Source of the DNA: an uncultured delta proteobacterium
GTDB lineage: Bacteria > Myxococcota_A > Polyangia > Polyangiales > Polyangiaceae
NCBI GenBank assembly: GCA_963806225.1
Contig: CAWDXG010000004.1
Location: 4,256,001 to 4,320,000, forward strand
Direction: 5' to 3'
Length of the DNA: 64,000 nucleotides
Shown here: positions 42,169-52,511 of the stretch, piece by piece
Layout of the letters: each line of letters opens with the position of its first letter
Numbering within the stretch: the first letter of the stretch is position 1
Notes under the pieces: generated by a model
What the model saw: only the letters and a program-made list of their open reading frames with translations
What the model was told of the DNA's origin: nothing
Database searches by the model: none
Position numbers and translations under genes: made by a program

Positions 42169-43545
42169 GTGGCTGCGAATCGCGATTCGGATGAAGCCAA
42201 CTGCGACACCATCGACGCACGGACGCCGCCGGATCGCGTCGACATCTTGATTCCGGGTAAGCGCCTTGGCCGATATTCAATCAAGCGCCTGATCGGCGAG
42301 GGCGGCATGGGCGCCGTCTACGAGGCTACCCATCGCGACCTCGGCAAGCGCGTCGCGCTCAAGACGCTGCATCGCCGCATTGCCGGCGCGCCGGAAGTGA
42401 GAGCGCGCTTCATGCGCGAGGGTCAGGCCGCCGCGCGGATTCACCACGACAACGTCGTGGACGTCTCCGATGTGGGCGTCGAAGGCGACATCCCCTATCT
42501 GGTGATGGAGTACCTCGAGGGCGAGAGTCTGGCCGCGGCGATCGAACGCGAAACCCGGCTGCCCGTCGAGAAGATCGCCGGGATCATGGTGCCTGTCGCC
42601 GCGGCTCTCGTGGTGGCACATGCCGAGGGCGTGATCCATCGCGATCTGAAGCCCGAGAACGTATTTCTGTGCCGGGACAGGAGCGGCACCAAGCCCAAGG
42701 TCGTGGACTTCGGCATCTCGAAGATGGTGGAGAGCGAAGGGCGAGCGGCACTGACGAGCACGTCGGCGATGCTGGGCACGCCGTTCTACATGTCACCGGA
42801 GCAGGCGCAGGACGCGCGGAACATCGATGCGCGCACGGATCAGTACTCCTTCGGAGTGATTCTGTACGAGGCCGCCACCGGCCAGCGCCCTTTCAACGAC
42901 GAATCCCTCTACAGTCTGCTCAGCAGCATCGTCCAAGGGCAGTTCAAGCCTCCGCTCGGGGTCGTTCCGGAGCTGCCGGAAGCGTTCGACGCGCTGGTGC
43001 GGCGCGCGATGGCCCGCGACCCCGCGGATCGCTTCCCGGACATGGCGGCCCTGGGCGCCGCGCTGCTCGAGTTCGCCGACGAGCGCACGCACATCCTGTT
43101 TTCGCACGCTTTCGACGGAGCACCGGCACCGTCGAAAGCGCCCCCCGCGAAGGTATCTGCGGCGACGCCGCTCCAGGCGTCGTACGCCGGCGCGAGCTCC
43201 ACCGTGACCAGCGAGCTGCGCAAGCCGTCCTCGCGGATGATGCCCCTCGTCGCCGGCGTCGCGATCGTCATCCTCGGCGGCGCGACTGTGTTTGCCATGC
43301 GAGGCAACCACGCGCCGGCGGCCGCCGCGTCCGTCGCGCCTGCACCCGAGCCCGCCGCGCCGCTGGTCGTGTCCGCGACCGCGCCAGCGAGCAGCATACC
43401 CGCCGCTCCAAGCGCGAGCGTGGTGCCGGTGGTGAGCGTCGCGCCCGTCGCCAGCGCAGCGCCCGTCGCCAGCGTCGCGCCGAAGCCCAAGCGCGTCCCG
43501 CATCCGATCACCCATCCCGTCGCTCCCAAACTCGCTCCTCGATGA
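42169..43545 (+). CDS. Membrane Ser/Thr protein kinase
   Basis: GEGGMG, VALK, HRDLKPEN, DFG, GTPFYMSPEQ, TM helix. Confidence 0.95.
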   Translation: MAANRDSDEANCDTIDARTPPDRVDILIPGKRLGRYSIKRLIGEGGMGAVYEATHRDLGKRVALKTLHRRIAGAPEVRARFMREGQAAARIHHDNVVDVSDVGVEGDIPYLVMEYLEGESLAAAIERETRLPVEKIAGIMVPVAAALVVAHAEGVIHRDLKPENVFLCRDRSGTKPKVVDFGISKMVESEGRAALTSTSAMLGTPFYMSPEQAQDARNIDARTDQYSFGVILYEAATGQRPFNDESLYSLLSSIVQGQFKPPLGVVPELPEAFDALVRRAMARDPADRFPDMAALGAALLEFADERTHILFSHAFDGAPAPSKAPPAKVSAATPLQASYAGASSTVTSELRKPSSRMMPLVAGVAIVILGGATVFAMRGNHAPAAAASVAPAPEPAAPLVVSATAPASSIPAAPSASVVPVVSVAPVASAAPVASVAPKPKRVPHPITHPVAPKLAPR

Positions 43546-44828
43546 ATCGCTCCGTTGTCCGGTTGGCCAGCGCCCTGGCCGTCCTTGGTCTCGCCGGCCA
43601 TGCTCGCGCCGACGCCGCCGCCCAGGCGCGCTTCCACGACGACCTCGCCCGCAAGGCCTACGAGCACGCGCACGATCGGCAAGCGCTCGAGGAGTTCTTC
43701 CTCGAGCAGCGTCTCGCCCCGAACCCGCACACCACGTTCAACATCGCGCTGTGCTTCGAGCAACTCAAGCGGAGCGAGGACGCCTACCAGTCCTTCGGCG
43801 AGTACCTCGCTTCCGACGACAAGGACGCCGGCCGTCGCGACTATGCAACCAAGGCGCTGAGCCGGCTGGAGCAGAAGGTCGCCCGCGTGAACGTCACCAG
43901 CGACCCGCCGGGCGCTCGCATCTACGTGGACGAACGCGAGTTCGGCGACTACGGCACGACGCCGCGCGCGATCGCCATCGCGCCCGGCAAGCACAAGGTC
44001 TGGGTCGAGCGCGCCGGCTACCACAAGGCCGGGCGCACCATCAACGTCAAGGCGGGCAAGCTCGTGCAGGCGAAGCTCGCTCCGGTGCGCATCACCGGAA
44101 AGCTCCATGTGGAAGCGCCGGTTGCGGCTGCGGTCGACGTGACGACCCCCGACGGCGTCGTCGTTGCCACCGGCAAGACGCCCTTCGACGCCACATTGTC
44201 GCCAGGCGCATACCAGGTCGTGGTTCGCGCCAAGGGCTACCAGCCCGCGAAGAGCGTCGCGTCGGTGAGCGAGGGCAAGACCACGACGCGCACTGCGGCC
44301 CTCAGCAGATTGCCCGCGGCCACCGGTGACGTGACCGTCACGTCGAACGTTGCCGGCGCGATCGTTACTCTCGACGGCCAACGTGCGGGCTTCACCCCCA
44401 CGGTGCTTCCGCGCCTCGGCACCGGCACGCACCAGTTGCACGTCGAAGGCCAAGGGCTCCTGCCCTGGACCGGCGTGGTCCCGGTGCACGAAGACGAGCG
44501 GTCGTGGGTCACCGTCAGCCTCGAGAGCCCGGCGAGGACCACGCGTTCACCGGTCACCTGGGTCACCGGCGGTGTCGGCGTCGCACTCCTCGTCGCGGGC
44601 GGCGTGGTTGGCGCCATGGCGATCTCGAACCACAACGACTTCGAGAACGCGCCTTCCGGCACCGACCGCACCACGTTGGTGGACCGCGGCCACTCCCTGA
44701 ACACCGCCACCACCGTGCTGCTCGTGGGCGGCGTGGCCGTCACCGGCGCCGCGACCGCGCTGTACTTCCTGACCGCCCACAACGAGGAGCGTCCGTCGTC
44801 GGCCACGGTATCACGAGGGGCGCGATGA
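43542..44828 (+). CDS. TPR plus PEGA domain protein
   Basis: Signal peptide, VTSDPPGARIYVD…GTTP repeats, C-terminal hydrophobic hairpin. Confidence 0.85.
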   Translation: MNRSVVRLASALAVLGLAGHARADAAAQARFHDDLARKAYEHAHDRQALEEFFLEQRLAPNPHTTFNIALCFEQLKRSEDAYQSFGEYLASDDKDAGRRDYATKALSRLEQKVARVNVTSDPPGARIYVDEREFGDYGTTPRAIAIAPGKHKVWVERAGYHKAGRTINVKAGKLVQAKLAPVRITGKLHVEAPVAAAVDVTTPDGVVVATGKTPFDATLSPGAYQVVVRAKGYQPAKSVASVSEGKTTTRTAALSRLPAATGDVTVTSNVAGAIVTLDGQRAGFTPTVLPRLGTGTHQLHVEGQGLLPWTGVVPVHEDERSWVTVSLESPARTTRSPVTWVTGGVGVALLVAGGVVGAMAISNHNDFENAPSGTDRTTLVDRGHSLNTATTVLLVGGVAVTGAATALYFLTAHNEERPSSATVSRGAR

Positions 44829-45823
44829 GTCGGCGCACGCGCGTGTGGTTGTTGGTTTGTTGGCTCGGCGCGCTGGCCGCGCGGACGGCCCACGCGGACA
44901 CGGCCGTCGAGACGCGCTTCTTCGACTCCATGGCGCGTCAGGCCTACGCGAAGGGGCACTATCGCGAGGCGCTCCACGCCTTCCTCCAGGCAAACGCCGT
45001 CACTCCGAGCCCGCGCGCCCTGTACAACATCGCGCTGTGCGCCCAGCTCGCCCACGAGCCCGCGCTCGCCTTCGCCTACTTCGACGAGTACCTGCGCGGC
45101 ACCGACACCGACCCGGCCCGGCGCAGCGACGCCGCGCAGCGCCTCCACGCCCTCGAAGCCAAGCTGGCGGTCGTGCGCGTGGAGAGCGACCCGCCCGGCG
45201 CGACTATCGTCGTCGATCGCGCCGAGCTCGGCAGCTTCGGACAGACGCCGCGCCGCATCGTGGTCGACCCGGGCGACCACACCATCATCGTGAAGCGCGC
45301 CGGCTACGCGGACCAGTCGCAGCAGGTCACGGCGAAGATCGGCACGAGCGCGACCGTCGAGCTTGCGATGAAGCCGATTCTCGGTTCCCTGTCGCTGGAC
45401 ATCGAACCGCCCGGCGCGACCGTCCACGCCACCCGCAACGGCGAGCAGGTCGCGCTCCCCGACCACGGACGCGTCAACGTCCCGGTCGGTCGCTACCACG
45501 TCCGTGTCACCGCGCCGGGCCACGCCCCCGTGGACGGCGATGTCACTGTTCGGCATGGCGCGACCAGCCAGCTGGCCCTCGCCGCGCCCGCGCTCCCCGT
45601 CCCCACCGGACGCCTTGTCGTCGGCACATCGGGCGTCGCCGCGCGCGTGCTCGTGGACGGCCGCGCGAAGGCCGTCACACCCGCGACCCTCGACGCCATC
45701 GCGGTCGGCGAGCATCGTGTCTGGCTCGCAGCGACGGGCTACTACGACTGGCGCGGTACAATCCGCGTGGAAAAGGGCAAGACCGCCTTCGTCAACGTCA
45801 CCCTGCGAAAGCTCCGGCCATGA
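44825..45823 (+). CDS. TPR plus PEGA domain protein (paralogue)
   Basis: LYNIALC, VESDPPGATIVVD…GQTP. Confidence 0.85.
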   Translation: MSRRTRVWLLVCWLGALAARTAHADTAVETRFFDSMARQAYAKGHYREALHAFLQANAVTPSPRALYNIALCAQLAHEPALAFAYFDEYLRGTDTDPARRSDAAQRLHALEAKLAVVRVESDPPGATIVVDRAELGSFGQTPRRIVVDPGDHTIIVKRAGYADQSQQVTAKIGTSATVELAMKPILGSLSLDIEPPGATVHATRNGEQVALPDHGRVNVPVGRYHVRVTAPGHAPVDGDVTVRHGATSQLALAAPALPVPTGRLVVGTSGVAARVLVDGRAKAVTPATLDAIAVGEHRVWLAATGYYDWRGTIRVEKGKTAFVNVTLRKLRP

Positions 45824-47544
45824 GGATACCGCGCCGGACCGGCATCCTGCTCTTGCCCCTGCTGCTCGCGGGCTGCGGCTCGATCCTCGACTATCCGACG
45901 CCTGTTGCGGAGGTATGCAACAACGGCGTGGACGACGATCTGGACGGCAAGATCGACTGCGCCGATCCGGATTGCGACGGGCAGTCCGAGTGTCAGGAAG
46001 ACTGTACGAACGGCGTGGACGACGACCTGGATGGCAAGATCGACTGCGCGGACCCGGATTGCGACGGCCAATGCGACGAACAAGGCGAACTCTGCTTCGA
46101 CGGGCGCGACAACGACGGCGACGGGCTCGTCGACGCCGACGACGCGGGGTGCTGGAGCACGCGCGACGACGTGACGTTGGAGCGCTGCGCGACCGTGCCG
46201 GGGACGGACGCGCAGATCGGGGCAACGGCGGGGGTGGATTGGTACGTCATCGACCCGGAGACGAAACTTATCCAATGGACGCTTGCCGACGGCACGTCTG
46301 CACTCTCCACCAACGCAGTCAACCAAGAGGACCAAGTAGAATCCAGCGTCGTGGCGACGGGGCAACTAGCCAGTACGATCGTCCACGTGCGCCTTTATGA
46401 CTCGTGCTCCGGCGGGAGCTGGCAGTTCTTGAAGCTCGCCGCTGACAATGCCGCGACCCCGGTCATTGTAGAGGTGTCGGACAAGTCCGTTTATCTCGAC
46501 GCTGATCTAGGCAACGAGTACCCTCAACCATTTGTCGGGTGTCCAACGACATTCGATCTCGCATTGGTGTTCGGCGATGACGGTACCACCGTCGCCGTTT
46601 CTATCGATGGTCGCCCGGTCTCGGTTGTGCCTCTGGTCGGCTGGAACGCGTCCACATCTTTCCGCTTGCGTTGGGCGGACCTTTCCTATCCACCGACAGC
46701 GAGTGGGATCGTTTCCGCTTCGGTATCCCGCCCTGACTTCCAACGCTGCGGCGAATGGACACCCTCGTCCGGGCTTAGCGCGGAGACGAACGCGTTGGCC
46801 TGGCTGCCTGATGGGGACATCTGCGCCGCAATGGGAGACCGCACGCTGGTTGCACACCCTGCCGCGAATGGCGCGCACACCGAGTGGGCCTCAGCAGGGT
46901 CGAGCAGCGACGGAGCGTGGATCACTGCATTGGCGTGGGATCCGGTCGCGAGTCGCTTGCGCGGCGTGGTTCAGTCCGCGTGCGGTGATACCCAGCCTCA
47001 CCAGTGTGGTACCCCGCGTCTGGTAAGTGCACCGGACTGCTATGGGCCGTGGCGCGACGACGGAGCAATGTTCCCGGACCCAAAGTCCCTGGGAGAAGCG
47101 GTGGGCTACGGCATTTCGACGCGGAGTCCGACCGGCGGGCGACATGAGGTTGTGTTTGATAATGTGGGTTTGCTGCACGTCGCGTCTTCTTCGGATGGCT
47201 CACCGGGAAGTTTCAGTCTCACTTCTACCGCCACAGCCACAGCCACCGCGCTTCGCATGACCCGGGTCGGCAACGACTGGCTTTCTTGTGGCATAGCTGG
47301 CGACGGCGTCTCGCTCCAGCTGGGTCTGTTCGGAGCTGCGTCAGCGCTCGCCCAACTGCCTCCAAGCGGAGAGCGCGGCGCATTTGACGAGTTTGGGTAT
47401 GATCAAGGGTACGGCACACCCTGCGCGTTCGATCCGACGGACCTGCATCGCGGATTGGCTTACGCGAGCGGAGTGACGCCACTGGGGGAGTCGAACCTTC
47501 ACGGCTACGGCCCCATCCGCATCCACGTCACACCGCGGCAGTGA
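45820..47544 (+). CDS. Lipoprotein with CxNGxDDDxDGxxDCxD repeats and unknown C-terminal domain
   Basis: LLAGC lipobox, three repeats. Confidence 0.75.
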   Translation: MRIPRRTGILLLPLLLAGCGSILDYPTPVAEVCNNGVDDDLDGKIDCADPDCDGQSECQEDCTNGVDDDLDGKIDCADPDCDGQCDEQGELCFDGRDNDGDGLVDADDAGCWSTRDDVTLERCATVPGTDAQIGATAGVDWYVIDPETKLIQWTLADGTSALSTNAVNQEDQVESSVVATGQLASTIVHVRLYDSCSGGSWQFLKLAADNAATPVIVEVSDKSVYLDADLGNEYPQPFVGCPTTFDLALVFGDDGTTVAVSIDGRPVSVVPLVGWNASTSFRLRWADLSYPPTASGIVSASVSRPDFQRCGEWTPSSGLSAETNALAWLPDGDICAAMGDRTLVAHPAANGAHTEWASAGSSSDGAWITALAWDPVASRLRGVVQSACGDTQPHQCGTPRLVSAPDCYGPWRDDGAMFPDPKSLGEAVGYGISTRSPTGGRHEVVFDNVGLLHVASSSDGSPGSFSLTSTATATATALRMTRVGNDWLSCGIAGDGVSLQLGLFGAASALAQLPPSGERGAFDEFGYDQGYGTPCAFDPTDLHRGLAYASGVTPLGESNLHGYGPIRIHVTPRQ

Positions 47545-47718
47545 TGCGCGCCCAGCTCGCCCTCGTCGTCGCTTCGCTTGCACTCACCGCGCGCGGCGCC
47601 GTAAGGCCAGGCATTCCAACCGCACCGCCGAAGTGTACGCCGAGCGGCCCACGCGAGACAGTGGAGTCCGGGTCGGCGGCAGGGATCCGCGCGGACAAGC
47701 TGGTGGAAGGGCGTGCGC

Positions 47719-48673
47719 GTAGGTAACATGAGCGTCCTGCCCGCGACGCCAGGGCGCGCAGGCTCCGGGCGGCAAGGGAGCAGGTGCGGTTGCCAGGGCG
47801 GATAGGAAGGCTGCGGCGTGGCCATTCGGCGCTCGGTCGGGCCTGCGTCGCGGCGGGTAGCGCGCTCGAGGCGCACCGGTGCGCCGGCGACGGCGCGTTC
47901 AGTGCGCGTCGAACAGCTCCGCCTGCACGGGCTCACCGAGCCTTCGGCGGATGACGCGGCTCGAAAAGAACGGCGGCCCCCGCGCGGGCGCGAGCGCGGG
48001 CGGCTCGCTGGCCTCGCCGAGCCAGCGGAGGTAGCGGCGGATGCCGGCGGCGGTGATGACCAGAGCGCGCAATTTCATGCGTCCGCCGCACTTGTTGCAG
48101 AGCTCGACCTCGATGCGGAAGGAGCGCTTCAAGAGCTCCGCCCACGGGCGATAACCCGAGCGGTGGGTGGCCGGCTTGGCCTTCCTGGCGGTGCACCTCG
48201 CGCACTCGTCGTCGCTGCCTGTTTCCGGTGGCAGCGGCGGCACGATGCGCGCGCGCCACTTGCTCGCCGCCGCGAGCACGCCGGCGTATCTCACCGTGTT
48301 GAAGCGCGGGGGCGGCACCGCCGTCGCGAGCCGGCAGAGGAGCGAGAGCGGATCGAGATCGATGGCGAATGTCCCGTCGCTGAACGGCCGCTTCAGCACC
48401 AGGCGGACGAGGTCGCCCTCGACGAGCTGCACGCGCTCGGCGGCGATCGGCGGGCGGAGGATGTAGCGGCAGAGGGCTTCCTTTCCCGCGACGTCGCTGG
48501 CGCTCGCGGTAGTGGCGGCATGGAGCGAGAAGCCGCCCTCCACGGCGCACAGACCCTTGGTGACTTCCAGGCCGCGGTCGTCGCGCAGCCGGACGGGCTC
48601 GCGGCGGCGCAGCGCGGGTCCTGCCGGCACGCTGCCGAGCGTCGAGGCGACGGCGAGCTCTGCCAGCGCGGGC
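47719..48673 (-). mobile_element. Diverged ISCR-like copy 6 (transposase 3' part 47899..48673) with ori end …GCTCATGTTACCTAC
   Basis: LCRYILRPP…RYAGVLA…ARGPP; terminus followed by GCGC. Confidence 0.88.
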
Positions 48674-48674
48674 C

Positions 48675-48902
48675 ATGAGCTATCGCAAGCAAGGACAGCA
48701 GCTGTTTACCGCTATCGCAGCGCTGATCGGCATCCTGGTCATCATCCAGCTGTGGCTTCTCGCCACCTCGCTCGACGCGGTGCTCGGCGGCGACTCTGGC
48801 ATTGCTGCGGCCGCCGCCGTCGCATCGCTGGTGCTGGTCGGTGTCAACGGGGCGCTCTTGCTCTATGTGCGCGGCTTCGACAAGCGGCTCGGATCGCACT
48901 GA
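48675..48902 (+). CDS. Small two-TM membrane protein (DUF6755-like)
   Basis: ILVIIQLWLL…AAAAVAS. Confidence 0.6.
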   Translation: MSYRKQGQQLFTAIAALIGILVIIQLWLLATSLDAVLGGDSGIAAAAAVASLVLVGVNGALLLYVRGFDKRLGSH

Positions 48903-49066
48903 CGCGCGACGCTCCCGCAAGCCCCGGCGAGGTTGTCGCCGAGGATTGCGGCGTGGACCTACCCCGGCACGGGAACGATTCAGATGCCATGACATCGATC
49001 AATTCATGTCGACGCGGAGAGGCATAAGGTTCCGCTACGTAACGGCTGCTCGGTATCAGTACTCTC

Positions 49067-50410
49067 ATGCCTCCGCGAACTTCGAATGGGGCCCGGACTG
49101 CCATCTCCGGCTGGGGCGGGCGACCGGTCCTGGCGCGCGAGCTCCGGACGGAGCGGCTGGATAGGGCCACCGCCAACGTGCCGCTCTCGCGCGGCCTTGG
49201 CCGTTCCTATGGGGATTCGTCGCTTCCGCCTCCGTCTTCGCCGATCGTGCTGAAGAGCACATTCGCGGACAGGATTCTGGCCTTCGATCCAGCGAACGGC
49301 CTGCTGCGCGCTGAAGCTGGCGTCACGCTGCAGCGACTCTACCAGGTGCTGCTTCGCCGCGGCTGGTTCACGCCTGTCTCGCCAGGCACCTGGAACGTCA
49401 CGCTCGGCGGCATGGTGGCGGCGGACGTGCACGGCAAGAATCACCACCGGCAAGGCACCTTCGGCGAGCACGTGGTCAGCCTGCGGATGGCTCTGGCGAG
49501 CGGGGAGCTCGTCGAGTGCTCACGAGAAACACATCCAGACCTCTTCCGCGCAACCCTCGGCGGTATGGGCTTGACCGGTCACATCCTCGAAGTGGAGGTC
49601 CAGCTCGAGAAGGTCCCCTCACCGTGGATCTACGCGGAAAGCCGGTGCATCCCCGACCTGCGGACGTTCCTCGAAGAGCTGGAGCGCTCGGCCCGGAGTT
49701 GGCCCTTCACGGTCGGTTGGTTGGACTGCCTGGCGGGCGGGCCCCATCTCGGGCGTGGAGTGCTCTTCCGCGGCAGATGGGCGCTACCAGAGGAGGCACC
49801 CCCGGAATTTCCAGAGCCGTACCGCCGGCCGTCCATGCCCTTCAGCGCCCCATCCTTCTTGATGAGCCGACCCGCGGTCGCCACGTTCAACCGCTTCTAC
49901 TACTACGCACACTCTGGTCGTCGCCAAGCTGGCATCGTCCATCCGCAATCTTTCTTCTACCCGCTCGACGCGGTCGGCCACTGGAATCGACTCTACGGGC
50001 GGCGCGGTGTGACCCAGTACCAATGCGTTCTGCCGCGCGCGGCCGGTAGCGAAGCCGTGGAGCGTTTGCTCGAGATTCTGACCGAGCGCGGTGGGGCCTC
50101 GTTCCTGGCGGTCATCAAGGACTGCGGCGACGAAGGGCTCGGCATGCTCTCGTTTCCGCTACGGGGGACATCCATCGCGCTCGACCTGCCGATCCGCAGC
50201 ACAACGTCCGGGCTGATCGACGCGTTGAACCAGCAGGTGACGGCAGACGGCGGCCGCATCTATCTGGCCAAGGACGCCTTCAGCCGGCCGTCGCATTTCC
50301 AGCGCATGGAGCGGAGGCTGGATGGTTGGCTCGAGATCCGCGATCGGTATGACCCACAGCGCCGTCTGCGCAGCGCACAGTCGGTTCGACTGTTTGGAGA
50401 CCCAGCATGA
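49067..50410 (+). CDS. FAD-binding oxidoreductase, DprE1-like
   Basis: RGLGRSYGD, VTLGGMVAADVHGKNHH, GGMGLTG, GGRIYLAKD. Confidence 0.88.
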   Translation: MPPRTSNGARTAISGWGGRPVLARELRTERLDRATANVPLSRGLGRSYGDSSLPPPSSPIVLKSTFADRILAFDPANGLLRAEAGVTLQRLYQVLLRRGWFTPVSPGTWNVTLGGMVAADVHGKNHHRQGTFGEHVVSLRMALASGELVECSRETHPDLFRATLGGMGLTGHILEVEVQLEKVPSPWIYAESRCIPDLRTFLEELERSARSWPFTVGWLDCLAGGPHLGRGVLFRGRWALPEEAPPEFPEPYRRPSMPFSAPSFLMSRPAVATFNRFYYYAHSGRRQAGIVHPQSFFYPLDAVGHWNRLYGRRGVTQYQCVLPRAAGSEAVERLLEILTERGGASFLAVIKDCGDEGLGMLSFPLRGTSIALDLPIRSTTSGLIDALNQQVTADGGRIYLAKDAFSRPSHFQRMERRLDGWLEIRDRYDPQRRLRSAQSVRLFGDPA

Positions 50411-51144
50411 GAGTCGCATTTCTCGGAGCCACCAGAGGCATGGGACGCGCGTTGGCGCGGAAGATGGCGGCGCGCGGCGATGCGCTGGCGCTGCTTGGTC
50501 GCGACGAGCAGGAACTGGAGCGCAGCGCCGCGGATCTGGAGACGCTGAATCCCGGCGTACAGGTCGGCACCTTCCGGTGCGATCTGGAGCGGTTCGACAC
50601 ATTTGCTCCGGCGCTGGACTATGCTGAACACGAGCTCGGAGCACTCGACGCGGTCGTGGTCACCGCAGGCATGTTCGCGACTCAGCAGGCGCTGGAGGAG
50701 GACCCCGAGCTCACTGCCCGGCTGTTGGACGTGGATTTTCGCGCGACCGTGCTGTTCTGCGAAGAAGCTCGCCACCGGCTACTGGCGCGGGGAGGGGGCA
50801 CATTGTGCGTGTTCGGATCGGTTGCCGGCGACCGCGGGCGGCGGCCCGTGGGACTATACGGCGCTGCGAAGGCTGGCCTCGCGTGCTATCTCGAAGCGCT
50901 CGATCACAGGTATCGAAGGGAGGGTCTCCAGGTCGTCTGCGTCAAGCCCGGCTTCGTCAAGACGAGCATGACCGATGGGCTACGCGTACCGCCGTTTGCC
51001 GGTGAGCCGGATCGGGTCGCTGTAGACGTGCTGAGAGCGATCGATCGAGGTACGCCGGTCATCTACACTCCGGCTGCCTGGCGTTGGATCCTTGGTTCCA
51101 TCCGCCTGATGCCAAGAGCGGTCATGCGGCGCGTCGACATCTAG
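50407..51144 (+). CDS. SDR oxidoreductase, DprE2-like
   Basis: GATRGMG, SVAGDRGR, YGAAK, VKPGFV. Confidence 0.85.
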   Translation: MRVAFLGATRGMGRALARKMAARGDALALLGRDEQELERSAADLETLNPGVQVGTFRCDLERFDTFAPALDYAEHELGALDAVVVTAGMFATQQALEEDPELTARLLDVDFRATVLFCEEARHRLLARGGGTLCVFGSVAGDRGRRPVGLYGAAKAGLACYLEALDHRYRREGLQVVCVKPGFVKTSMTDGLRVPPFAGEPDRVAVDVLRAIDRGTPVIYTPAAWRWILGSIRLMPRAVMRRVDI

Positions 51145-51181
51145 ACGAGAGGGACCGCTTCTGCCCATCTTGTAGAGCGCG

Positions 51182-51682
51182 ATGATGCGAATCACGGACT
51201 ATCTCGTCGACGACCACCGGCGCCTGCATGCTCTGCTCGACAAGGCGGACTCGGAGCCCTTCGACGCCGAAGCGTACGCTGCGTTCCGCGGCGGGCTGCT
51301 GCGCCATATCGGGATCGAGGAGAAGATCCTCTTCCCGGCGGTGAAGCGCCGCCTGGGCCAGCCGCTCGAACGCGCTGCCCGCCTGCGCGTGGAGCACGCT
51401 GCGCTCACGTCGCTGATGGTGCCGTCCCCGGACCGCGCGCTGTGCACCGAGATCCGCGGTCTGCTCACGCGACACGACGCACAGGAAGAGGGGCCGGACG
51501 GCGTGTACGCCGAATGCGAGGCAGCGCTCGTCGACGAGAGCGCAGCGCTCTGCGCGCGTGCTCGTGACCAGAAACAGGTGCCCGTGTCGCGCTACTACGA
51601 CGGACCCGAGGCGCACCGGACCGCCGCCTCTGCGCTGGCGAGCGCGGAGAAGATCGCGGCGGCGCGGAAGCTCCGCCGATAG
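51182..51682 (+). CDS. Hemerythrin domain protein
   Basis: DHRRL…RHIGIEEKILFP…EH…HDAQEE. Confidence 0.8.
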   Translation: MMRITDYLVDDHRRLHALLDKADSEPFDAEAYAAFRGGLLRHIGIEEKILFPAVKRRLGQPLERAARLRVEHAALTSLMVPSPDRALCTEIRGLLTRHDAQEEGPDGVYAECEAALVDESAALCARARDQKQVPVSRYYDGPEAHRTAASALASAEKIAAARKLRR

Positions 51683-51696
51683 GCTCGGGCGTCGCT

Positions 51697-51830
51697 CATC
51701 ATCGCTCGCGCGGCAGCAGCAGATCCTCGAGGAACAACGCCGTCAGCTCGGCCCGACCGGCTAGCCCGTCCTTCCGGTACACGGCCCGCGCTTGTGCGCC
51801 GTGGCTTCGCTCATCGAGCGCACCTCGGCG
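51697..51830 (-). pseudogene. LuxR-type HTH C-terminal remnant
   Basis: SEAT / QARAVYRKDGLAGRAELTALFLEDLL in shifted frames. Confidence 0.55.
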
Positions 51831-52006
51831 CGGCGAGCACGGCCACCGCCGCAAACGCCGCGAGCACCGACCAGGATCCGTCCCTCGGATGTGAGCCGTT
51901 GGGATTCCAAGCGCCTGGAATGCTTGCATATCACGTTTGGTGGATGGCTCGACCAGCGCCCGGCACCCACGTTCCAGGCGTTTCCCGAACCCGGAGGTAG
52001 CCCGAA

Positions 52007-52507
52007 ATGGAAGCTCTTCTGTTCCACCCGAAACTGGTCCATGTGCCGATGGCGCTGGCCGTCTTGATGCCGGTTCTTGCAGGCGGCTTGCTGCTCGCTT
52101 GGTGGCGTGGCTGGCTACCGGGCCGGACCTGGATCATCGCCGTCGTGCTCCAGGCCGTGTTGGTCGGCTCGGGCCTGCTGGCCATGAGGAGTGGCGAAGC
52201 GCAGGAACCGCGCGTCGAGAAGGTGGTGGCCGAGCGCGCCATCGAGCAGCACGAGGAAGCAGCGGAGGTGTTCATGTGGGCGAGCGGCGCCGTGCTCGCT
52301 CTGATGGCGCTCGGTGCTGGCCTCGCATCCCGCCGACCGGGCCGCCCGCTCGCCGCGGCAGCGACCCTGGGCACTGTCGCCGTGCTCGGGCTGGGCTATC
52401 GCACAGGGCAGGCGGGCGGCAGCCTCGTGTACGAGCACGGGGCTGCGCAGGCCTACACCCATCCGGTCGCGGCTGCTCCCGCAGCAGTCGGCGATGACGA
52501 CGACTGA
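52007..52507 (+). CDS. DUF2231-like membrane protein
   Basis: HPKLVHVP…HEEAAE…GGSLVYEHG. Confidence 0.75.
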   Translation: MEALLFHPKLVHVPMALAVLMPVLAGGLLLAWWRGWLPGRTWIIAVVLQAVLVGSGLLAMRSGEAQEPRVEKVVAERAIEQHEEAAEVFMWASGAVLALMALGAGLASRRPGRPLAAAATLGTVAVLGLGYRTGQAGGSLVYEHGAAQAYTHPVAAAPAAVGDDDD

Positions 52508-52511
52508 ACGG

